DNA from: an uncultured Aliarcobacter sp.
GTDB lineage: Bacteria; Campylobacterota; Campylobacteria; Campylobacterales; Arcobacteraceae
Length of the DNA: 64,000 nt
Assembly: GCA_963677435.1 (NCBI GenBank)
Contig: OY781945.1
Location: 64,001-128,000, forward strand
Reading direction: 5' to 3'
Shown here: piece by piece, positions 40,182 through 50,044 of the stretch
Layout of the letters: each line of letters opens with the position of its first letter
How positions within the stretch are numbered: the first letter of the stretch is position 1
Position numbers and translations under genes: made by a program
The notes under the pieces: generated by a model
Told to the model about the DNA's origin: nothing
Databases searched by the model: none
Seen by the model: only the letters and a program-made list of their open reading frames with translations

Positions 40182-41881
40182 TTTTCATCCTTTGGCTCTA
40201 ATTTTTCTAATCTTTCAGTTAAAAGTTTTATTTCGTCTTTTATTGTATCAATTTCTGTTTTATTTGACAACTCCATTTTATTCTTTAACATTCGTTGAAG
40301 TTCTCTTTTTATAATTGGTTCACCTATTATATCTATAATATTTTGGGCGTCCTTATCAGTTGTTATGGTACTTTTTTTGTCATTGTTTAAATATTTTATT
40401 ACATCATCAATTTTATCTTTTGCAAACTCACCCATAAGTCCATCTTTCATAAAAAATCCATGAGAAAGTAAAGTATGGATATTTGCTCCAAAAGTTTGTT
40501 TTCCATCATCAAAAGGATAAACTTGTTTTCCTTTTTCTAGAAAAATAACATTTTGTTTTGGTAAATCTGAAAGGATAAATGGTGAGTGAGTTGCAAACAT
40601 AAGATGATGTTTTTCGTTTTCACTAAATAATAAAATTATCTTATTTATAAGATTTAAGTATTTCCTTTGCCACTCAGGATGAAGTAAAGCTTCAATCTCA
40701 TCAAATAAAAATAAAGTATTTATATCTTTATTTTCTCTTATATATTTATAAATCTTTGCTAATAAATCTAATATTAGCATTTCACCTGAGCTCATATTTC
40801 TTATTTGTAAATCAACAATCCAATTCAAATCAAAAATTTCTAATATATCAATTTTGTCAAATAATTCTAAAAATTCTTCATCACAATCAGATATATTAAT
40901 CCAAAAGTATCTAAATAAATTTAATCTTATTCCATCTTTTCTGGTATTGATTAATTCTTTATTTGATATTTGAATAAATTTATTTATGAATTTCATTAAA
41001 AAAGGAGCTTCATCTGAGAAATATTTTTCAATCTTTTCTATAAAATTTTCTTCTGAAAATTCTGTAATATGAAAAAAGTTAATAAATTCTGGATCAAATT
41101 GTTCAAACTCTTCAAATAAAGTAAGCCAAAAATGAACTAACAAAAAATCTTTCTCATTTCTATTCTTTTTTATATTAGTTTTTTTTGAAAAAAACTTATA
41201 GACTTCTTCACTTTTAACTAAAGTATAAGAAATTTTTTTCATTTTTTCTATTGTAGATAATTTTGGATAAAATTCTATTTCTTTTGATAAATTTAGATTT
41301 AACTCTTTAAAATATTTTTCATCTAAATTTTTATACAAAAAAATTATATTCTTTATACTTCGATTAATTATACTCTTTTGGGAAATCAAATCATAATCTT
41401 CTAAAAATCCATAGTAACTCATTTTATCTTTATTTCTTAAATAACTATTTTTATCAAATATTGAACTTGTATAATAAAATATTTTTCCATTTAAAAATTC
41501 CTTTGTACTTTTAATTATTTCTTTTTTTAATAAATGACAATAATCAAAATTTATTTTTATTTTAGAAAGATTTAAAATTTTAATACTATTATTTTCATAA
41601 ATTATTAAAATAAGCCCCGTAGAATAATAACTATTTAGTAAAAGCTCATTTATTTGCTTGAAAATACTACTCTTTCCACTCCCATTTTCACCAACAATAG
41701 CAGTAACATTTATATTATCACCAAAAAAATTCTTAGGATAAAATTCACCCGTTTCATCTTTATCAACAACTTTTAATTCTTTTGTATCTTCATCATACTC
41801 ACACCTAAACCTAGGCGAAAAATTAAACCCTTGCTTTTGTATATTCTTATAATTCTTTACCCACAAATAAACCAATTCCAT
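40178..41881 (-). CDS. ABC/AAA-type ATPase (Septu PtuA/AbiEii-like)
   Basis: Walker A GENGSGKS, signature MSSGE, Walker B FDEIE, LHPEWQR, THSPFILSD, TFGANIH; start placed at ATG 41881 (MELVYLWV) after AAGAG. Confidence 0.88.
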   Translation of the reverse strand: MELVYLWVKNYKNIQKQGFNFSPRFRCEYDEDTKELKVVDKDETGEFYPKNFFGDNINVTAIVGENGSGKSSIFKQINELLLNSYYSTGLILIIYENNSIKILNLSKIKINFDYCHLLKKEIIKSTKEFLNGKIFYYTSSIFDKNSYLRNKDKMSYYGFLEDYDLISQKSIINRSIKNIIFLYKNLDEKYFKELNLNLSKEIEFYPKLSTIEKMKKISYTLVKSEEVYKFFSKKTNIKKNRNEKDFLLVHFWLTLFEEFEQFDPEFINFFHITEFSEENFIEKIEKYFSDEAPFLMKFINKFIQISNKELINTRKDGIRLNLFRYFWINISDCDEEFLELFDKIDILEIFDLNWIVDLQIRNMSSGEMLILDLLAKIYKYIRENKDINTLFLFDEIEALLHPEWQRKYLNLINKIILLFSENEKHHLMFATHSPFILSDLPKQNVIFLEKGKQVYPFDDGKQTFGANIHTLLSHGFFMKDGLMGEFAKDKIDDVIKYLNNDKKSTITTDKDAQNIIDIIGEPIIKRELQRMLKNKMELSNKTEIDTIKDEIKLLTERLEKLEPKDEK

Positions 41882-42027
41882 TAAAAACTCTTTTGCTATT
41901 ATTTTATTACTAATCATAGTTAAAATGTTATTCAAAATTCCTTTTTAAAATACTCTTTTATTTTCTAATCCCTCTTTTTTCCTCCTATTAGTTTATATAC
42001 TTTTACATAAACTAAAAAGGATTAACT

Positions 42028-42588
42028 ATGGAAAATACAGCATTAATATTAATAGATTTACAAAACGATTATTTTGGAAGCTTTGAGGGTGCAAAGTGGC
42101 AACTACATGAAACTGAACTTGCTGCTGCAAATGCTTTGAAATTATTAAATAAATTTAGAGAAAAAAACATGAAAATAGTTCATGTAAGACATGAATTTAA
42201 TATGGAAAATGCACCATTTTTTGCTCCAAATTCAGAAGGTGCAAAAATTCACGATACATTAACACCAAAAGAGAATGAAGCACAAGTTTTAAAACATGAA
42301 GTAAATTCATTTAAAGGTACTAATTTAAAAGAAATTCTAGATGATTCTAATATTACAAATGTTATTATTGTAGGAGCTATGTCATTTATGTGTGTCGATT
42401 CAGTAACTAGAGCAGCCAGTGATTTTGGTTATACTTGCTTTGTTGCTCACGATGCTTGTGCTACAAAAGATTTGGAATTTAACGGTATTAAGATTCCAGC
42501 ACCTATGGCTCATGCTGCATTTATGGCAGGACTTGAATTTGCTTTTGCAAAAGTTCACACAACAAATGAGATTTTAGAATTATTATAA
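42028..42588 (+). CDS. isochorismatase-family cysteine hydrolase
   Basis: IDLQNDY, K...NSF, MCVDS..R. Confidence 0.9.
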   Translation: MENTALILIDLQNDYFGSFEGAKWQLHETELAAANALKLLNKFREKNMKIVHVRHEFNMENAPFFAPNSEGAKIHDTLTPKENEAQVLKHEVNSFKGTNLKEILDDSNITNVIIVGAMSFMCVDSVTRAASDFGYTCFVAHDACATKDLEFNGIKIPAPMAHAAFMAGLEFAFAKVHTTNEILELL

Positions 42589-42596
42589 GGCATTAA

Positions 42597-43280
42597 ATGG
42601 AATTAAGTGATTTATCTGTACTTTATATCATGGATAATCAAGACAAAGATGAGAATCTTTTTTCTCTTCTTTGTAACACTGTAAATAAAGTAACTTGTAC
42701 TTCAACAATCATTGAATCAAAACAACAATACATGAAACAATCCCCTTGTTTAATCATAATTGATAGTGATTTTAAAAGTAGAGAAATTATTGATTTTTTA
42801 ATTGAAATTAGATGTGATGATATAAAAACTGCCTTTATAGTTTTATCAAATAACAAAGATAATCAATACCTAACTGAACTACTTGAACTTTACATCACAA
42901 AATATATCATAAAACCTTTTGATGATACTATTTTAATTGAGGCTTTAAACAAATGTATGGAAATCATAGAAAGAAGAATATATAGCAATTTCAAACTTGC
43001 AAATGGAATCTTTTTCAACTTCCAAACTCAAAGTATTATAAAAAATGATGAATCATATATCTTAAATAAAAAAGAGAGTTTATTAATAAACTTGCTTATT
43101 CAAAATCAAGGAAGAGTAATTACTTACGAAGAAATTGAATATCACATTTGGAATAATGAATGCACCCAAGCTGCTTTAAAATCCCTAATAAGAGATTTAA
43201 GAAAAAAGACTTTTAAAAATATTATAAAAAACTACTCAGGAATAGGATACAAACTAGAACTTAAAAATATTCATCATTAA
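42597..43280 (+). CDS. OmpR-family response regulator (atypical receiver)
   Basis: IIID, YIIKP, winged helix ...YSGIGYKL; acidic pocket degenerate (YIMDNQD). Confidence 0.8.
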   Translation: MELSDLSVLYIMDNQDKDENLFSLLCNTVNKVTCTSTIIESKQQYMKQSPCLIIIDSDFKSREIIDFLIEIRCDDIKTAFIVLSNNKDNQYLTELLELYITKYIIKPFDDTILIEALNKCMEIIERRIYSNFKLANGIFFNFQTQSIIKNDESYILNKKESLLINLLIQNQGRVITYEEIEYHIWNNECTQAALKSLIRDLRKKTFKNIIKNYSGIGYKLELKNIHH

Positions 43281-43386
43281 CTTTTCTAAACTTTTTCTTA
43301 CCACCCATTCATAAAACTTTTGATACAATCAGTTCTTATTAAAAAACAAAATTTAAACAAATTTTATAAACAAAAAGGAAATTACA

Positions 43387-43902
43387 ATGCCATTATTAGA
43401 TAGCTTTAAAGTTGACCACACTATTATGCCAGCACCTGCTGTTAGAGTTGCAAAAACTATGAAATCACCTTCAGGAGATATTATCACTGTTTTTGATTTA
43501 AGATTTTGTGTACCAAATGAATCAATGATGAGTGAAAAAGGTATCCACACTTTAGAACACCTTTTTGCTGGATTCATTAGAAATCACCTAAACTCTGACA
43601 AAGTAGAAATCATTGATGTTTCACCAATGGGTTGTAGAACTGGTTTTTATATGAGTTTACTTGGAAATCCAGATGAAAAAACTGTTGGAGCTGCATGGAG
43701 AGCTGCTATGGAAGATGTACTTGCTGTTGAAAAACAAGAAGATATTCCAGAACTAAATATTTACCAATGTGGAACTTGCGCTATGCATTCACTTGAAGAA
43801 GCAAAAGATATTGCTAGAGATATTTTAAAATCTGACATTGGTGTTATGTCAAATGAAGAGTTATACCTTTCAGATGAAAAACTAAACTCTTTAGGAAACT
43901 AA
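43387..43902 (+). CDS. luxS: S-ribosylhomocysteine lyase
   Basis: [27 protein letters not shown]. Confidence 0.97.
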   Translation: MPLLDSFKVDHTIMPAPAVRVAKTMKSPSGDIITVFDLRFCVPNESMMSEKGIHTLEHLFAGFIRNHLNSDKVEIIDVSPMGCRTGFYMSLLGNPDEKTVGAAWRAAMEDVLAVEKQEDIPELNIYQCGTCAMHSLEEAKDIARDILKSDIGVMSNEELYLSDEKLNSLGN

Positions 43903-43905
43903 GAA

Positions 43906-44349
43906 GTGCCACAAAAACTAACACTTTTCAAAGAGTTATTTGCAGATTATACAAACATCGCTATTTTACATATTGATAACTCTTTAGGACTTGTTGATAC
44001 TGCTTTAGAAGAGATAAGAACTCAAAATGAGGGGAATATAAAATATATTCCTTTTGTTGATGAAAATAGCGCAAAACTTAGGGCAACTGCAAGGGAATAT
44101 GAATATGTAGTTTTAGGAAATATTTTTTCATATTGTGAAGATAAAACTAATATTTTAAAACTTATGTATAAAGCCATAGAAAACTCAGGAAATATCATCA
44201 TCCTAGAAAAAATCTCAAATAACAATAGATACGAACTTTTAGATTTACTTGAAAGTGTAGGTTTTCAAGCACCAAACTGTATTGAACTTTTTGATGATAC
44301 ATATATTTTCACAGCAAAAAAAATGCACCATTGGGATAATGGTTTATAA
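43906..44349 (+). CDS. hypothetical protein, possibly degenerate methyltransferase fold
   Basis: EYEYVVL, KAIENSGNIIILE resemble class I MTase motifs, but no GxGxG; GTG start. Confidence 0.6.
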   Translation: MPQKLTLFKELFADYTNIAILHIDNSLGLVDTALEEIRTQNEGNIKYIPFVDENSAKLRATAREYEYVVLGNIFSYCEDKTNILKLMYKAIENSGNIIILEKISNNNRYELLDLLESVGFQAPNCIELFDDTYIFTAKKMHHWDNGL

Positions 44350-44376
44350 ATAGCAAAAATTAATTTTGCTATTTTT
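44348..44376. terminator. bidirectional terminator between convergent genes
   Basis: AAATAGCAAAA...TTTTGCTATTT. Confidence 0.6.
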
Positions 44377-45160
44377 GAATATTATTCTCAAGTTTTTTTG
44401 TGTAATAAGAAATAGGATAAGTAAGAAGTAAATATCCAATAGCAAGAGGAATATAACTCTCAAAAGTTGAATAAGTATAAGCATTTACTTCTTGGGCATT
44501 CATTGTAAATTCACTAATTGAAATAATTGAAAGCAAAGAAGAGTCTTTTATAATAGAAGCAAATTGTCCAGTAAGTGCTGGTAACATTCTTCTAAAAGCT
44601 TGTGGAAAAATTATATATCTATACATCTGATAGTTTGTCATTCCAAGACTCAAGCTTGTCTCATATTGAGTAATATCAATTGACTCTATTGCTCCTCTTA
44701 TTATCTCACAAACATAAGCTCCTGCAAACATGGCTAAAATAACAGTTCCAACTATATATCTATTTTCAAAACCTAAGTTATTTGCAAATACATAAAAGAA
44801 GATTAGAATTTGAACTAAAAGTGGTGTTCCTCTAATAATCTCAATATAAAATCTTGAAAAAAATCGAAGCATAAGAAGTTTTGAGTTTTGGGCATAAGTG
44901 AAAAAAAGACCTATTATAAAACTCAAAATTAGAGCAAAAAAAGATATTATAACCGTCATTATAAAACCATCAATAAATTTTTGTTTATAAGCATAAACAC
45001 TATCCCAGTTAAAAGTGTAAGATACATTTTTAAACATGAAATAAAATATCACAACCACAAAAATAATAAGAAGAACTAGGTTAAAAGAATAAATAATTGG
45101 ATTTAATTTTTTCTTCTTTTTAAATCCTAGTTCATGGATAAATAAGTCTTTTAGTTTAAT
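44369..45160 (-). CDS. polar amino-acid ABC permease
   Basis: IIRGTPLLVQ, AYVCEIIRGAI, IKDSSL; frame is open upstream of GTG 45058 to a proposed ATT start at 45160. Confidence 0.85.
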   Translation of the reverse strand: MKLKDLFIHELGFKKKKKLNPIIYSFNLVLLIIFVVVIFYFMFKNVSYTFNWDSVYAYKQKFIDGFIMTVIISFFALILSFIIGLFFTYAQNSKLLMLRFFSRFYIEIIRGTPLLVQILIFFYVFANNLGFENRYIVGTVILAMFAGAYVCEIIRGAIESIDITQYETSLSLGMTNYQMYRYIIFPQAFRRMLPALTGQFASIIKDSSLLSIISISEFTMNAQEVNAYTYSTFESYIPLAIGYLLLTYPISYYTKKLENNIQK

Positions 45161-45169
45161 AATAATTTC

Positions 45170-45976
45170 CTAAAAAAAGAATGGTATATTTAATTTATCA
45201 AATGTTTTTTTGGCATCACTTAAATACTTATCAGCAAGAGTAGTAAAAGTACCATCTGCTTTTGCTTTTTTAATAAACGCATCAACATCAGCTTTTAAAG
45301 GGTCATCTTTTTTAAGTGCAACTCCCCAATACTCAAAATCTTTTTGAAAAGATTGTAATAAAGGAATAGTCGTATCCATATGATTTGCATAGTTATTATA
45401 AATAGTTAATTGGTCATAAATAAAACCATCTGCTTTTCCTTGAACAACTTCTAAAACACAAGCTGATTCTTTATCAAAGGCTAAAATCTCAGCATTTTGT
45501 AAATGATCTTTTGCATAAATATGTCCAGTTGAACCTTTTTTAACTGCAACTTTTTTTCCTGCTACATTTAAATCATCAATTGATTTAATTCCAGAATCTT
45601 TGTTTGCTAAAATTGCTAAAGATGATTGAGCATAAGGAATAGAGAAATCAATTGATTTTTTTCTTTCATCTGTAATTGTCATAGAAGAGATAATTAAATC
45701 AATTTTTCCTGTTTTTAATGAAGGGATTAAACCATCCCAAGCGATATTTTCAATTACAACCTCACGACCAAGATATTTTCCTAATGCTTTTGCAAAATCA
45801 ACAGAAACACCAGATGGATTTCCATCTTTGTCACTCATTTCAAAAGGTGGGTAAGCTAATTCCATACCAACTTTTAAAACTTTTTTTTCAGTTTTTTGTT
45901 CTTTTTCATTATCTCCACAAGCAGCTAAAAATAAAGCAAGTATTGAAGATAGTAATATTAACACAAGTTTTTTCAT
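45170..45976 (-). CDS. polar amino-acid ABC substrate-binding lipoprotein
   Basis: Lipobox LAAC, YPPFE, WDGLIPSL, MTITDER..IDFS.PY. Confidence 0.92.
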   Translation of the reverse strand: MKKLVLILLSSILALFLAACGDNEKEQKTEKKVLKVGMELAYPPFEMSDKDGNPSGVSVDFAKALGKYLGREVVIENIAWDGLIPSLKTGKIDLIISSMTITDERKKSIDFSIPYAQSSLAILANKDSGIKSIDDLNVAGKKVAVKKGSTGHIYAKDHLQNAEILAFDKESACVLEVVQGKADGFIYDQLTIYNNYANHMDTTIPLLQSFQKDFEYWGVALKKDDPLKADVDAFIKKAKADGTFTTLADKYLSDAKKTFDKLNIPFFF

Positions 45977-46147
45977 GCTATTTACCTTTTAAGTTTTCTT
46001 ATATTATGTCTTTAATAAACTTATTTTTTGGTTAGAGTTGCTCATTTTATGGGATTTAATAAGTGTTTTTTATGATATTATTTATACAAATAATGCTAAA
46101 ATCAAAAGAACTTCTTTACAATTTATTAATCACCTCAAGGAAAATTA

Positions 46148-46891
46148 TTGCAAACATTTATAAAAACAATTGATGGCTCAAATACACTATTCTCACAAAA
46201 ATATAATCAACACTATCACAATCCTGATGATGGAGCAATAAATGAAGCTTTGAGTAAACATATCATCCCAACTTTTGCATTTCAAAAAAATAAAAAAGAG
46301 CTCTTTATTTTAGATATTTGTTTTGGTATTGGATATAACACTTTTTCAACTATTTATTATACTTTGCAAAATAATCTTGATATAAAACTAAATATCTTTT
46401 CACCTGAACTTGATGGAGAGCTTGTGAAATCCCTTGAAAATTTTGAGTTTCCAAAAGAGTTTGAAAGTATTAATCACATCATAAAAGCAGTTGCCCAAAT
46501 AGGAAAATATGAAGATGAGAAAATCAAAATAGAGGTTTTTATAGGAGATGCAAGAGAATATATAAAATCTTTAGATAAAAACTCTTTTGACATAATCTAT
46601 CAAGATGCTTTTTCAAGTGAAGTGAATTTTGAACTTTGGACAAAAGAGTATTTTGATGATATTTACAAACTTTGTAAAAGTGATTGTATTATGAGTTCTT
46701 ACGCAATTGCAACTCCCATTCGATTGTCAATGAATGAAGCAGGATTTTATATTTATGAGCATCGGCCAGTTAAAAGAAAAATTACTTTAGCTTTTAAACA
46801 AAAACAAGAATTAATCGGGAAATTTGTGGATATGGAATTAAAAAAACAAAGGAACACGCAAGCTGTTGCTTTGCATGATAAAGTAGTTTAA
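46148..46891 (+). CDS. tRNA mnm5s2U34 methyltransferase (stand-alone MnmC2/MnmD-like)
   Basis: T.DGS.TL.S..Y.QHYH, DICFGIGYN, GDAR, YQDAFS....ELW. Confidence 0.85.
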   Translation: MQTFIKTIDGSNTLFSQKYNQHYHNPDDGAINEALSKHIIPTFAFQKNKKELFILDICFGIGYNTFSTIYYTLQNNLDIKLNIFSPELDGELVKSLENFEFPKEFESINHIIKAVAQIGKYEDEKIKIEVFIGDAREYIKSLDKNSFDIIYQDAFSSEVNFELWTKEYFDDIYKLCKSDCIMSSYAIATPIRLSMNEAGFYIYEHRPVKRKITLAFKQKQELIGKFVDMELKKQRNTQAVALHDKVV

Positions 46892-46919
46892 CATACTACT
46901 TTTCTCCTTTGCTACTTTT

Positions 46920-47414
46920 TTATTTTGAAAGATGATCTAAAATATACTTTTCTAAATCTCTTTTTGAAATCTCATCTTTTATAGATTGTTCAAAGATTTC
47001 ATCTATTTTTTGTGAATACTCTTCATAAGAAAAAAATGGAAAATGTAACTTCCAAGATCGAATAATTAATTCCCTTGTCATTGTATCTCTCATCTTATCT
47101 CTAAAAAAATTAAAACCAATAAAAATAGCTGCTGTTACAAACATTGAAGATATTATTGAGATATGAGGATTTAATCTCTCCATTTCTTTATGTGTTAATA
47201 ATGAAATAGGTATCAAAATAAGTAAAACAAATCCAATATAAACATTATAGGCATGAATAAGCTTTATTCTAAAGCCTAGTTTTGCTGGGTCTACTTGCAT
47301 TCCATCATTGTATTGTCTATTTGCAACTAATAAATCTTTCAATAAAATTGGTTGTTTAGAAGTTGTATAAATATACTCTAATATTCTATTTTTAATTGTT
47401 TTTTCCTTAGACAT
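46920..47414 (-). CDS. hypothetical membrane protein (2 TM)
   Basis: 164-aa ORF with two hydrophobic segments; RBS AGGA. Confidence 0.75.
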   Translation of the reverse strand: MSKEKTIKNRILEYIYTTSKQPILLKDLLVANRQYNDGMQVDPAKLGFRIKLIHAYNVYIGFVLLILIPISLLTHKEMERLNPHISIISSMFVTAAIFIGFNFFRDKMRDTMTRELIIRSWKLHFPFFSYEEYSQKIDEIFEQSIKDEISKRDLEKYILDHLSK

Positions 47415-47494
47415 GAATATTCCTAAATTTGATAATGCATATTTTATCTTACTTTGTTATAATGTTGTGTTAATTTATTTAAAAAAGGAGTATC

Positions 47495-50044
47495 TTGAAA
47501 AAATTAATATTCATTTTGATATTAAATACATTTTTACTCTCTTTTTTGAATGCTTCAAATTTACAAAAAACATCTGTGCAATTAATGTGGTTTGACCAAT
47601 TTGAATTTGCAGGATTCTACGCTGCCATTGAAAAAGGTTACTATCAAGATTTAGGCCTTGAAGTTGAACTTAAAAAATATACTGATTCTACCGATGTTAC
47701 AAAAGAGATTTTGGAAAAAAAAGCGGACTTTGGGATAAACTCAAGTTCTTTACTTCTTGATATTTCTCAAAACAAAGATATTATTTTACTTGGTTCTATT
47801 TTTCAATCTTCTCCTGTTATCTTATTATCTTTAAAAGATTCTGGAATCAACCATATTCAAGATATAAAAAATAAAACAATTATGATGACAAAAGAAGAAG
47901 AAAAATTTGCTACTTTACAATCAATGCTTATTAGTAAAGGATTATCTCTTAATGACTTGAACATAATCAATAATTCATTTGATATAAATGATTTAGTAAA
48001 TAAAAAAACAGATTTAATACTTGCCTATTCAACAAATGAACCTTTTTTATTAAAAGAAAGAGGTTATGAATATAATATATTTCAACCTAAAGATTATGGA
48101 TTTGATTTTTATGAAGATATTATTTTTACTACAAATGAATTTGCTTCAAAAAATCCAGAACTTGTACATAATTTTTATGCAGCAACTATAAAAGGCTATG
48201 AATATGCCTTTAATCATATTGACGAAATTGCTAAATTAGTTTATGAAAAATATAATCATTTTAATAAAAGTTTAGAAAGTCTAATTTTTGAAGCAAATGA
48301 AATGAAAAAATTAGTTTTTGATAAAGATGAAGAAATTGGAATAATTACCCAAGAAAAAATGAATTTAATTTTAAATACATATAAAGTAATGGGCTTACTG
48401 AAAAAAGACATTAGTAGTGAAGATTTTATTTATAACAAAGATTTAAATAGTAAATTTCTTTTGAATAAAAAGGAAAAGGATTACCTTTTAAATAAAAAAG
48501 CGATTACAATGTGTGTTGACCCTAATTGGATGCCATTTGAGAAAATCGAAAATAATAAACATATTGGAATTGCTGCTGATTATATACAATTAATAAAAGA
48601 GAAAATTGATACTCCAATTATTTTAATCCCTACAAAAACATGGACAGAATCCCTTGAATTAGGGCAAAAAAAAGTTTGTGATATTTTCTCACTTATTAGA
48701 ACAACCCCTCAAAGAGAAAAATATCTAAATTTCTCAGAGCCATATATTAGTGCTCCTTTGGTTATTGCTACTGATATGAATTCTGCTTTTATTGATAATA
48801 TTTTACAAATAAAAAATAAAAAGCTTGCAATAGTAAAAAACTATGCAGTGGGGGATATTTTAAGAGTTAAATATCCTGATATTAATTTTGTAGATGTTGA
48901 AAATATACAAGAAGGATTAAACTTTGTTCAAAGAGGAAAAGTATTTGGATTTATAGGAACTCTTCCAACAGTTGGATATAACATTCAAAACTATTACATA
49001 GGACAATTAAAAATCTCTGGTAAATTTGATGAAATGTGGAATTTAGGAATTGGCTCAAGAAATGATGAACCAATTTTAAATGATATTTTCAATAAAGCAA
49101 TTGAAGATATTTCAACAACTCAAAGACAAGAGATTTTAAATAAATGGGTTTCAGTAAATTATGAAAAAGAGTTTAGCTATTTTCATCTATATATTATTTT
49201 AGCTATTTTAATAGTTGTTGTTTTTGTTGGTATTTTATTTTATAGACACTATTTATTGAAAAAGTTGAATATAAAATTAAATGAAAGAATAAAAGAAGAG
49301 ATAAAAAATAATGAAGAAAAAAACAGAATTTTAATCCAACAATCAAGAATGGCTTCAATGGGAGAAATGTTAGAAAATATCGCCCACCAATGGAGACAAC
49401 CATTATCAACAATTAGTGTTGCGGCATCTGGAATGGAAATCAAAAAAGAGTTTAGTACTTTAAGTGATGAAGAGTTTTATGAAGCGATTAATCATATTAA
49501 AAAATCGACATCATATCTATCAAATACTATTGATGATTTCAGAAGTTTCTTTAGTAAAGAAAAGAAGCTAAAAGAGACAAATATAAATTTAACTATTGAA
49601 AAATCTTTGGAATTAATGGGTAATACTTTTGTAAAAAATAGAATAAATTTAATAAAAAATGTTGAAGATATAAAGTTCTTATCACTTGAAAACGAACTAA
49701 TTCAAGTTTTAATGAATATTTTTGTAAATGCAAAAGATGCACTAAGACACACAATTGGAGATGATAAATATATCATTATTGATATTTATAAAAAAGAAGA
49801 TAACTTAATTATTCAAGTAAAAGATAGCGGTGGTGGAATAAAAGAGGATATTATTGATAAAATTTTTGAGCCGTATTTCACAACTAAACATAAATATAAA
49901 GGTACAGGAATTGGTCTTTATATGAGTAAACTTTTGGTTGAAAAACATTTAAAAGGTTCAATAAATGCTAAAAATGTTGAGTTTCCCTTTATGGATAAAA
50001 TCCATAAAGGAGCACTTTTTGAAGTAGTTTTACCTATTTCATAG
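47495..50044 (+). CDS. sensor histidine kinase with NMT1/THI5-like and PBP2 periplasmic domains
   Basis: [15 protein letters not shown] (NMT1-like), DPNWMPFE (SBP family 3), [25 protein letters not shown] start after AAGGAG. Confidence 0.88.
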   Translation: MKKLIFILILNTFLLSFLNASNLQKTSVQLMWFDQFEFAGFYAAIEKGYYQDLGLEVELKKYTDSTDVTKEILEKKADFGINSSSLLLDISQNKDIILLGSIFQSSPVILLSLKDSGINHIQDIKNKTIMMTKEEEKFATLQSMLISKGLSLNDLNIINNSFDINDLVNKKTDLILAYSTNEPFLLKERGYEYNIFQPKDYGFDFYEDIIFTTNEFASKNPELVHNFYAATIKGYEYAFNHIDEIAKLVYEKYNHFNKSLESLIFEANEMKKLVFDKDEEIGIITQEKMNLILNTYKVMGLLKKDISSEDFIYNKDLNSKFLLNKKEKDYLLNKKAITMCVDPNWMPFEKIENNKHIGIAADYIQLIKEKIDTPIILIPTKTWTESLELGQKKVCDIFSLIRTTPQREKYLNFSEPYISAPLVIATDMNSAFIDNILQIKNKKLAIVKNYAVGDILRVKYPDINFVDVENIQEGLNFVQRGKVFGFIGTLPTVGYNIQNYYIGQLKISGKFDEMWNLGIGSRNDEPILNDIFNKAIEDISTTQRQEILNKWVSVNYEKEFSYFHLYIILAILIVVVFVGILFYRHYLLKKLNIKLNERIKEEIKNNEEKNRILIQQSRMASMGEMLENIAHQWRQPLSTISVAASGMEIKKEFSTLSDEEFYEAINHIKKSTSYLSNTIDDFRSFFSKEKKLKETNINLTIEKSLELMGNTFVKNRINLIKNVEDIKFLSLENELIQVLMNIFVNAKDALRHTIGDDKYIIIDIYKKEDNLIIQVKDSGGGIKEDIIDKIFEPYFTTKHKYKGTGIGLYMSKLLVEKHLKGSINAKNVEFPFMDKIHKGALFEVVLPIS

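Noticed and set aside
41882..41935. Extended N terminus of the ATPase given by the ORF track (TTG start at 41935)
   Set aside because: ATG 41881 has a purine-rich RBS-like sequence and starts the typical MELVYLWV..YKNI N terminus.
41882..42027. Possible retron msr-msd upstream of the ATPase-HNH locus
   Set aside because: No reverse transcriptase gene was recognised in the window; the gap is short, AT-rich and lacks convincing a1/a2 inverted repeats.
26197..49410. Near-identical nucleotide stretches in the two histidine kinase genes (ATGGCTTCAATGGG...GCCCACCAATGGAGACAACCATTA)
   Set aside because: Explained by the conserved H-box ([18 protein letters not shown]) of one kinase family, not a mobile repeat.
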